From NCBI GenBank assembly GCA_037447605.1, contig CM074804.1, forward strand, positions 3,201,909-3,265,908: 64,000 nucleotides of DNA, read 5' to 3'. Below, one piece after another: positions 39,356 to 49,700 of this stretch. Both the position numbers and the translations under genes were made by a program. The stretch comes from Zygnema circumcarinatum SAG 698-1b. Lineage: Eukaryota; Plantae; Zygnematophyceae. Within the stretch, counting starts at the first letter, position 1; every line of letters begins with the position of its first letter. Below the pieces are notes generated by a model. The model saw only the letters and a list, made by a program, of their open reading frames with translations, was not told where the DNA came from and did no database searches.

Positions 39356-42061
39356 TCAACCTTTTGTCAATCCAAAGCGCATCTCTGACCCAACCTCTGA
39401 CGTGCGAGGCAACACTCCTTTCATGAGGCAAAGCGCAATGCCATTCCGGAGCCCCTCCACATCTGCGGCACTGAAACGAAAGGGCGGGCGGAGCCCCCGG
39501 GCAAGCAAATCTGCATAAGTGCAGAGAAATACTCCGCAAGCTGTTGCATCATCCTGCAATGCGAAGAGAGGGAGAGGCATGAAGGCAACAGTGTCAAGCT
39601 TGGATCACTATTCAAACACTTTCATGCGTAAGGAAGCCAGTTTTGCAAAGCATCTTCACACACCAAAACCCAGAAATGACAAGGATCGTACTTTATACTG
39701 ATCCTGACATCCTAAAAACCTCACAGGCAATACAAGCCTTTCATAGACAGAGGGGCGATTGGGGAAAAGGATGTCAGACCTGTACAGGGAGACCTTCCAC
39801 CATTTGGTATTTTTTCCATGCTGCCGTCGCAAACTCAATGTTGTTTGCAGCTTTAGCCATGGCATGCATGTATCTCTCAACCTGGTCAATCAAAACCCAA
39901 TTGAAAATCAAAACCCAATTGAAGGCACATATTACCGCAAAGACCACACTCATGGGCCAAAAATTCATTAAGCTTCATCAAAAAGCTTTGGAATCCTCCA
40001 TAAGCGAGTTATTTTACAAAGGGCATAAGTACATACCACAGTCAACACATTTTCCACGTCGCTTGCCTTCACATATCCCGGCATCGAGTCGAAGTATTCG
40101 ATTACTTTTTCTTTCATGTAGACAGCGACCAAGACCCTGTTCAAGCACCACCACACCTTTGAGCACACAGCAAACTCTAAAAACACAAAGTGTCCAAATT
40201 ATACACCCTACATTCAATCACTCATAACTTTTGATACAAAAATACATATATGTTAAAAGAAACGCACCAGTGCTTAGCGGCATGCAAGTTCACTGGCAGC
40301 AGCACCAAGTCTTGATCGAACAAGTTCTGCCAACCATCCCAAACGAAAAAGAAATCAGAACAGAAAAAGGGCACCTTGTCCACGTCATATACTTTTTACC
40401 ATCTCCTTTCAACAACAATCCTGGTTTTTATTTTCCCCCAAAAAATACAGTTTCAAATCAGAGAGAAAGAAAAAAATAAAAAAATAAAAAAAAATATTTA
40501 CCACATTCCGTGTCCACCGACGAACGCCCTCAAAGTTAAATCCAGTCGTGCATCCCGTCAATTTGGTGAAAAGGAAAGTGCTCAAAAACTGTACTTTCAA
40601 CCTGCCACGTGAAAAAACCACCTGCTTTTACTCTCTCATCCTCATAAACAAATGAATGGCGCATTCTAAGTATATTGGCTACTAGTGACGAGTCACCACC
40701 AAAAAGAGTGTCGATTTCAAAAAACGAATCATACTGTTTGCTCCCAAGAGGCATACAGCAAGCATAAAGGTCAAAGAAGAAGTTGTACAAACACTCACAT
40801 TGACTGAGGAGATGCAAATTCATTTGCACGAGCCTACACACAGAAAACCACAACGTAAGATTTTAGAAAGCTCAAAATAACACTAAAGCGAGGCAATGTT
40901 CATTAAACAAGGTCAGGGTATCCTTAAGTCAAACCCAATAACCCATACCACAATCCCAGCATTGCTACCTTTAAAAAAAAATATTTTGGAGGGAGAGAGA
41001 GAGAGCACAAGAAAGAGAGAAAGAGAAAGAAAGGGAGGGTGGGAAAGGGAGCAGGGGAAGAGAGGGGTGAGAAAAGGAAAAAAATAGGCTGCAATTACCT
41101 GTAAAAGACCCAAGTAACCGTTGATAACCTCATCTCCTAACCAACCATTTTCCAATAAATCGTCCAAATCACCTTTCTTAATTTCTAAATTAGCCCCCTT
41201 TCCTCCAAAGATGATATCACCCCTAAAACCACGCGCCGCTGCTTTCAATCGCTCGACGTTCCCAAAAGCCCGCAATGCCAAGGGTCGCACTAAAATATCC
41301 CTTTTATTTATTTGTTTGATGAAGACAACATCTTCATCTTCACAGAAGACAGGCTGCCTGGATTGCCTGGCATTGAATGGCGGATCAGGCTCATAGCGCC
41401 TGGACTGGCTGGCACGGAATGGCCGCTCAGGCTCATAGAGCCTGGAGTGGCTGGCACTAAATCGCGGCTCAGGCTTGTAAAGCGGCGCCTTGAAGTTTGA
41501 GTAATCAAAAGACCCAACACGATAATTTGAGTCGGGATACATCTTCACGGTCGAGGGGACCTGTATTGCCAACAAGACAGTAAACGCTAAATCAATCAAG
41601 CGTATATGTGCCAACCCTAAAAACTAACCCTAACCCTAACCCTAACCCTAACCCTAACCCTAACAGCAAGCACCGACACAAAACACATTTTTGATGTTAG
41701 CAACCCTAAAAATTAAAGGATTGAAAGCTTTGAAAGGTGCAGCAGGTCATACCCGACGAGGATTGGCAAACTCCCTCGCGAACTCCTCGTGCAACCAATC
41801 CACAACGAAAAGGTAAATCTTTCCTACTTCTCTGGCGCTCGCAGCCAACCAGGCCCAAGCCAAGCAATTCAAGCTGTATCCAAGAGCTCCTATCAATACC
41901 AGCGCCTGCCATGAGACACTGCAAAAAACGAAGACAAAGTCTTCAAGCAGCGGGCGGGCCACTACAGCAGCCTTCCACCCGCTGCTTAGCGTCACTGCGA
42001 GCAGTTGCATCGCTAGCAGCCAGAAGGCGCAGAAAGCAGCTGCAGCTTTCTGCACGGCCAT
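39356..42061 (-). CDS. Ulp1/SENP-family (peptidase C48) SUMO/ubiquitin-like protease, multi-exon; 5' exon assignment inferred
   Basis: Exons encode LENGWLGDEVINGYLGLLQ, FLSTFLFTKL...VRRWTRNV, LFDQDLVLLPVNLHAAKHW (catalytic His), IEYFDSM (Asp) and Q-QDDATACGVFLC (oxyanion Gln, catalytic Cys). An upstream ORF from ATG 42061 joins in phase 0 via a GT-AG intron at 41752-41561. Confidence 0.85.
41354..41483 (-). repeat. 42-bp (14-aa) coding tandem repeat in the Ulp1 N-terminal region
   Basis: Translates as YKPEPRFSASHSRL / YEPERPFRASQSRR / YEPDPPFNARQSRQ. Confidence 0.85.
41624..41664. repeat. Interstitial (CCCTAA)n/(TTAGGG)n telomere-type array, ~6.8 units
   Basis: Six perfect CTAACC units plus CTAAC. 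Additional AACCCTA at 41613-41619 and 41702-41708. Confidence 0.95.
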
Positions 42062-42817
42062 GGATGAGCAGGAGAGAGAGAGAGAGTGGGAGAGAGCGAG
42101 AGAGAAGAGAGAAGGTGAGGTGAGTGAGAAAGAAATGATGGCCCGGGCCGAGGGGCGAGGCCTTGGGGTGGGCCCCGGGCAGCCCTGAAATGTTTTCGGC
42201 TGCCGTGTGCGCGACGCAAGCGCCCGCGATTGGGCGAGCGTCGTCCGGGCAGCACAAGGTTGGCCGCGAGCTGCCCGCAGCGAAAAGAAAGGTGTGGTCC
42301 AAAACGGTGAGCCGCGCGCCTACCTTATCCACAAATCTGGATAGGACTGTACGGATATGCAGGTGGCGCCACTGCCGTGGGAGAGTGGTCGCGTACGGCG
42401 TGCGGGACGTGACATGACATGACGCGACATGACGTGACGTGATGAGCGCAAGAGGGTCTGTACCTGGTCGTACTCGTTTTGTTGACAAATATATTACGAC
42501 CGTACATATTATCGACAAATACCGTCAGATATCGACTTAACCGTATACAGTACAGTACTGTTCATCAACTTGACCGTACACATGCTCACTAGGGTTTGTA
42601 CAGTACTGTACACACTTACCCACGTGACGATTGCCCAAAAAGTACAATGTACGGTATCTGTAACATCTGTAATAACATTGACACTATAAATGTAAAATGA
42701 CAATCGGGTCATTACAGTGACACAAATATTTGGGGACCGACACGGTCACTATAACGTGAGTAGCCTGTACGCCTCTGGAAGCAGAGCAGGGCCCCCTGTT
42801 GCACAGAGGGCTCCGCC

Positions 42818-45725
42818 ATGTCTTACGTTCCGCCGCACAAGCGGCCAGGAAGGCAACTGGGGGGGGCGGCTTCTGGTGCACAGAGAGTGTCTCTGCGAAA
42901 GTCGACATTTCCAGACTTGGTCAATGCGCCTGTGTACGGCATGAGCGTTTTAATAGTGCCATGGGATGACTGTTCTGTCGAGCCCGTTGTGCTGCAGCTG
43001 GTGCCGACGGCGGTTCCGCAACCCTATTTGCATCTGCAGGGCAAGCAGCTCTATCTGGTGAAGCGCGTGCTTCAGCATGGTGAGGGCGGCATTCAAATAT
43101 GGGTTCTGCCATCAAGAGAGTTGTCTGAATTAATTTGATGTTGCGCCGTGTTTCTTTTTCCCTTTAAAAGAAGTGACACAAGTGAAAATGAACTTCGTTA
43201 GAGACAAGACAGGCACAAAAGAGATGAGAGATATGAAATCACAAAAAGGAGGCGACTACTCTCCTTGTACACTTCCGATAGACAGAAGGTCATTCTTGTC
43301 ACTTCTTTCATTTTCCGAATGCGACACTGACACTTCTATTCGTCCTCCTCTCTCCAATGCGTCTCTAGACTCCGGAGCGCCTTGCAAAGGCGCAGACCAG
43401 GGAGTGACTCTAGAAGCAGTGGAGCAGCACGTCCAAAAGTTAGAAAGAGGTGGGACGAATGAAGACACTTGGAGCGGAATTTCGGCAGTCAAATTGGTGC
43501 CGCCTATGGAACGCTTTCCAACTGCGATTGGGGAGCGAATTAGACCCATTCTGATGGAGGCTCTGGAATGCCTACGATTGCATGTGGGGCCCAATAGAGA
43601 TCGTCGTGCAAAGTTGACGCTGCGATTTGCAAAATTCTTGCTTCTCTCACGCACATGCAACACGTGAGCTAATGTTTTTTTGGAATTTGCTCCCCGTCTC
43701 TAGAGCATTTCAAAGAAACAGAAAATAAACGAGGAAGTCTCCCTTTAGAGCTTTGGCACTAGCCGTGGAATGTGATTCGAAAAGAGAGCAGAAATGTACG
43801 GCTACAGTTTCATTGTTGTTGTTTTGGTTTGCTTCAGTTTTCTTTGGCGCAGACTCGATTTAGAGGGCATAAATCCCATCGCCGCTACCAAATTGGAGCG
43901 CCATTTAGATATTAATAGTATCCGGATATCCAAAAGTGTGGAGACTAATCTGGAGCCCTCCGTATATAGCAATTTGAATGACATTGTATCAGCATAAGCT
44001 ACTGTTCGTTGGAACTCGCCTTCGACATACTTGATCATTGTAACTATAGTCTAGCCTTCACATATGTCTTTCTTCCCCATCTTTTCGTACTTTCAGATAG
44101 TTATCAGTTCAACGCAAATGCCTCTCTCCGAATCGAGAACAGGTATTATATGTAACATATGGGCTCAATGCAGGCCTCAGTTTTTGGAATGTGCAGCTTA
44201 GATGTAGAGACCTAGGAATATGTATTGTCCTTTGGCCACATGCATGATGAAGTTTGGACATCCTGAATGCTGGATTCCTTTGCAGGTGAGAGTTGATGAC
44301 CGCCGCCATACGGGGATCCGTGTGTTTTGTGTCTCAACTTCTGATGGAAGTTCGCAGCTCCGTATTTACAAGGTAAAGTCTGCTCCTGGATAGTCATGCC
44401 TTTGTGCGTGCTCTGCTACGAGGACAGATACTTACAGGAGATGTGATTTGGACTGTGACGATGTGGTTCTGAATTGTAGTCCTAAGAGGTCAGAAAAAAT
44501 GCAGAAGATACTGGATAGAATTGCCCAGCGAAAATGTAAACTTAGTCAGCTCTCAATGGCATATATCAAGGGGAAAACTGTTCGTTATTGGTACTTTCAA
44601 TGTCTCATCGTGCTCCAGAAGGGATGTAACTTGTCCATTGCATGCTGTGTTTGTTGATACGTTCAACATGTATCGCTGCTCACTTTAATGACCAAGGTTT
44701 GAATTTCAGAATGCTTCTAGAAAGTTCCTGGTCATGTCTGGAATTCTTCAAATATTTCAACTTTAACAATGTTTTAAGTGGTAACTCCTGTGCAGATTAA
44801 ACGTTCTACAGTCAGAGCAACCGATATCGACTTGATGTTGCTTGGCCGGATTGCCGACTGCCGAATCACACTCTGGGCAGAAAACTAAATGACCGAGTCA
44901 CAGGTACCATTCATCTTTTTGAACGTCTGTATGAACCAATAATGCCTGAGTTTTACGCTATAAAAAGGTGCTAGAAAGGCCACAATTCGAGGAAATCGGC
45001 GAGGCTGAAAAACTACACGTCTGTTCTGAATATGCTAAATCCTTGCAGTCTTTTTCTCCAGGGGGAATTAAAAGAAGCAGTTGACGCTATTGTGAGCGCG
45101 GCAGTGATCGATCCGACCGCGAGGGGCGGCCTCCGTTGGCCTTTGGGAGTCACAAGCTCGCCGTGGCCCAGGACGGGGCTGAAGTGTGTGAGATACAATG
45201 TCACACGTCGCATGTCACACGCTATCAAGTGGCCGAAGCCAGAAATGAAGCATAGATTCAGCATTGTAAGACTCTGCACTTACTTTGATATCGAACATTA
45301 CAAGAGCGAGCGGTGGGAATGGGCGTTTCGAATTACCCGAGGCTGTAACTTCATTTTGAATGAGGAGCGGTCCGACATCGTGAAGTCAAGATGAGGGCAC
45401 AGTCATGGGGCCAGAGCCTAAAGCATGTGAGACATTCGACCTTTGTTTGACCTGTTCATTCTCACGTGTTATGAAACTGTTTTGAACTCGAATGTTGTTT
45501 AAGCACAATATCTTCCTTGTTGATATAGATTGTGTTTAACTTGGGTAGATCCGGCCGCCACTCGTTCAAGCTGAGCACGCCGAAGTGGAATCGGACGGCA
45601 GCAAAGTGGAGGCTGGGGAGGAGAGGGTCCCGTCGCCGGCCCGGTTTGATCCGAAGGAATGTGTTGCTGAAATTTTGCCTTTGATGGAGTGGATGAAGAA
45701 CTGTCTTCCGCAGTCAACTGATTGA
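42818..45725 (+). CDS. Plant-specific uncharacterised protein (MxYIPPHKR...GGLRWPLG family), multi-exon; 3' end tentative
   Basis: MSYVPPHKR start, KLTLRFAKFL, IRVFCVSTSDGSSQLRIYK and IVSAAVIDPTARGGLRWPLG match a recalled land-plant family of unknown function. Plausible terminal exon IRPPL...MEWMKNCLPQSTD* ends at 45725. Confidence 0.65.
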
Positions 45726-46934
45726 AAGTTGGTTGCGTGAAGCTAAGCAATCCAAGATTCCCATATGATCACAATGTCCTAGTGTACATTTTGTGCATAG
45801 TCTGTCATCTGTTCGTTCTTTGTTAGGCGAATGGCCCGTAAAATCAAGCAGTCTTACTTGGTTGCCTTCCTTAGGAAGGCATGTCCTTCCTTAGGAAAAA
45901 CATGCTCGTCATGGACTTTTACGAGAAATGCGACACGCATCGAATGGTTATATTTTATCCAATAAAATCAAGCTGGTTGATAAGTGTTGAATCGCTTCCT
46001 TTTTCACTTTGTACCTTGTAATTGTACAATGCTGGCAAAGCAGAAATGTTACTTTTTTCACACGGGTAAATGAATTTTTCATTTGTCTGTTCGAGACATG
46101 TTTCACAACTTAGTACGTTGTTCCTTTTCGCAGGAGCAAAAAATTTACGTTGTGCAGCGTTGGATGACAACCAGCTGGCAGTCTCCATGCAAATGTCACA
46201 AACGGTCCCTTCCAACTGCAAACCTTGATGCAGCAGCTAGGTGTCCAGCAACGGGCAAAGATGCGACTTTTCTTCTCCTCCTTTCCCGGTAGCACCGAGG
46301 AAATATTACACATGACAACAGATATGACAGCAGACTAGCTATACGGTAAAAGACGCTGCTACACAAACATGCGTGAAATACACCTATGTGCATACAAGCC
46401 CGAGATAGTTATCTAGCATGCAGTTAATGTCAAGAAATTCCACAGGTCGCACAAGCTGATTGCTTTGACAACCCTGAAAACACATCGTTTTACTCGATAC
46501 ACTGCAGCGTCAGGACCCTCTTGTCAACGTCTCGTTCAAGAACAGAACTTCAATGGTGACATAACTGAACCGCCTTTATTCACAACTGACAGAGCTGTCA
46601 GCTGTCAGCTCGATTCCAATGCTTTCATTAAGGACGATAATTGGAATGAGCGTCTCAATAAGCTCGTCAAAATTCAAGGAAGCGTAAAAGTTGCGACTCC
46701 TGCAGCTAAAATTTGTTCCGAACTAAAATGGGCTACATTGTTCCACCTACTCTCCCGTGCTGGCATCATTGTTTACATCAAGAAGCTCAAATAAGGAAGA
46801 AAAATCCTAATTGCTTGACCTAGGTCAAGCTGCAAGCGGAGCACAACAGTTTCTCTATACAAGTACAGGGGTCTTCTTATAAACAAGTCAATAAAGTGCA
46901 AAAATAATGCCTTTCCCGAACTCTCTCACTCTCC

Positions 46935-48180
46935 TCAGTCCGTTGACTCATCCAGATATCCTTCCAAAGGCCGCCAATCCAACAGGCTGAGCAGCTGCAC
47001 CTCCATTGAAGTCAATCTGCTTGCTGATACTCCGGTCACTTCTGCAACACGGGAGGCTTTTGGGATGCAAGTCTGCTCAGTTCCCAGCTTCAATGCCAAC
47101 CACAGACACGCTGCCAATGTGATCCGAAGCGAATCAGCTGCCAGCTTCCGCATATGAGGCTGCAGCCGCTGCAGCGCCCTCCTGACAAGATGAAAACCTA
47201 ATTTTGCTCCGCTACTGCCTGAAAGCCCAAGCTCAGCCTGCCAACTTATCAAAACCCGCTGCAGTCGCGCTGCCGCCTGCTCTCCAAGCGCTCCCACCTG
47301 TTGATTAGTAGCTCCGGGCGTCGAAGAGGAAGAACTCCCATTCTCACTCTCTTCCACTTCATCCCTTTTCCGTTTTCGACTGCTATAGTCGTTTCTGCAC
47401 ATTTCCGCACTCGCGGCCCGTTGCCGTCCAGGCATCCTGTGTTTAACTCTGCCTCTGGTGCCATTGGTCTCTGACTCCTCACTTTCCGCCGGCATTGTTC
47501 CTGAAAAGTCGTCCTCATTCTGCACATGCCAGGACAAAGAACAGTCAGAGAGTGTAAAATCCCTAGGGATTACATTTTCTGCTCTGTTATAAAATAAATT
47601 GCAAATCTCCGCTCAAAGTGGACTAAATACAGGCGCAAATGCATGACAGCAACCGGGTAGAAGGCCGTACCGAAGAAGGAGAGTAACTTCCGCCGCTGCA
47701 ATCTTCCGAGCTGAGAACACTGACGGGTGATGCGGAGCGCTCTCCCACAGCCTCCCAGCAGTTTCCTCCATTTTCTTCCTCTATATCCGCAGCACGTCTC
47801 GCTGCAACTGCTTCGTCGCCTCCTCCAACATCCATTGACCTCCTCCTTACCTCTTCTGCCCCATCGACGACGCCTGTATGCCACGCCGCAGGAGGAAAGC
47901 AAAGCTCCTGACTGTCCGCAATTGCAGGCGCTCCCCCGCAGTGCGGGCAGAGGGTCTGAGGGACGGCAGGGTTGGAACCCCACAGGCGCATGGAAGTCGG
48001 CGCTTTGCAGCGGCAGCAGAGCAGGTTCCTTAAATGGCGTGAAACCAAAAAGTTAGCAGAATGAACTTTGGCGTCGCATGAGATGCACAGAAAGGCGTCA
48101 TCTGCATGGCAGAAAGCCACTGCACCGCTCCCGCAGAGCTCGCAGGGAGGGCGGCCGCTGCTTTTGGGATGAGGCGCCAT
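46935..48180 (-). CDS. BBX32: Single-B-box zinc finger protein, BBX32-like, 2 exons (48180-47671, 47519-46935)
   Basis: B-box CELCGSGAVAFCHADDAFLCISCDAKVHSANFLVSRHLR. The C-terminal WQAELGL...RITLAACLWLALK...VAEVTGVSASRLTSME resembles the recalled BBX32 tail (WCGKLGL...RVFLAAAFWFGVK...VEDVTGVSAGMIRAVE). Confidence 0.8.
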
Positions 48181-49700
48181 TGCAGATTAGGGTTGGTGTG
48201 CTAGGGATGGAATAGCGCCGCGCGCCTTTGCCTACCTCTCTCCTATCCCTCACCCCCTTTCCCTACAGGGCCGCCCCCGCGCTTAATAGGCCGGGCCGGG
48301 GGGGCGCGCGCGCCCGGGGGCCAGAATCCGTCCTGCCCCGCGCGGGCAGCTCCATACGTTTTCCGGGCAGCACGAGGCAGCGCCGCAGCCACGGAGGCCG
48401 CAAGTTCGGCGCAAGGAAATGTTTTCGCGAGCAGCCCGGGGAGGCGTGCGAGGCAGGCGGCGGCCCGCGCTCGACGCGGAGGGCCCTCCGTCACGGGAAG
48501 CAGGCCCGGCCTCAAGCGGCTTCCTTTTCGGGCAGCCCGAGCGCGCCTGCGGGCCGTCGGATCGCCGGCGAGAGAAGCGGTCCGTCCGTCCGTCCGTCCG
48601 TCCGTCGGCGTTCGCTCCCGTTGAGAGCCGCCCGGCGGGGGGCGATCGGTCGGTCGGTCGGTCGGTGCGGCGGGCGATCGGCGCGCACCGCGTGGCCCAT
48701 ATCGCCCCCGATCCTCCTCCGCCTCCACGCCTGCGCTTTTCCGCCACGTGGCCGCGCGCCCGGCCCGGTTTAGATCCGTGCGCGCGCGGTGCCGCCGTGG
48801 CGCGCCCTCTCGGCTGCGGCTCAAATATCCAGAGATTCCCGCGGGCGGGGCGTCCCGCTTCGGCGGGGCGGGGCGGGCCCAGCGAGCGCCGCGTGGCGCG
48901 GGCACGTGACCGCCGCTCGGGAGCGCTTGGCCCGGAGCCCTCCCCGCCGCGCGCCGACGTGGCGGGGGGCCCCTCCGGCCACACGGTCCGCCCACCGCCA
49001 GCCAGTCCTCCACTGCGATATTTTCACGGTCGGGGCGGGACGGGCCGGGGGGGATGGGGGGACCGTTGACGGGGCGCGTGGTCAATGGTGTGGTCGCCCG
49101 CGCCCATTGACGATGATGCCCGGGCGGGCGGGTGGGCGGGTGGGCGGGCGCCATTATTATTGCGCGCTGCGGACGAATCTGTACGGTCGGACTCGTGCGG
49201 TGCACCGCGGCGGGCGGGCGGGCGGGCGGGCGGCAAGCGCGCTGCCACGTGGACTGCCGGGAGAGGACGCGGTTACGGCGGGCCACGTGGCGCGGACGGA
49301 GGCCGCTCGTGGCCACAGGTCAGGGCAGGGCCGCCGCCCGGCGGTCCGTCGGTCGGTCGGATCGAGAGGGAGGGAGGGAGGGAGGGAGGGAGGGAGGGAG
49401 GGAGGGNNNNNNNNNNGGGAGGGAGGGAGGGAGGAGGTACGTAGCTTCGTAGAGCTCTGTGCGCACAGGGCCGAGGGTGGGAACAGGACCTCCTGGAGGC
49501 GGGGCCGGCTTGGGTTCGTCCGAAGGGCGCCCCCCCGCCCCCCGGCGCCAGCAGGGCAGCGCCGGCCGGGGGCGGCGCGAGCCGTGCTCGGAGCGCTCAG
49601 GCGGGCGCGTCCCTCTGGTGGCTCGCCCTTTGGTGGGCGCCTTCCGGCTACAGGCTGGCGCCCGCCCGGCCGGCCCCCGCCTGGGCAGCTCCTGCAAGGC
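48181..49700. promoter_or_regulatory. GC-rich upstream island of the BBX32-like gene with G-boxes and (CGTC)n, (GGTC)n, (GGGC)n simple repeats
   Basis: Very high GC/CpG content. CACGTG at 48745, 48903, 49246 and 49284. The long ORFs here are low-complexity. Confidence 0.6.
49366..49436. repeat. (GGGA)n purine tract interrupted by an assembly gap (10 N at 49407-49416)
   Basis: GGGA repeats on both sides of the N run, so the true length is unknown. Confidence 0.95.
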
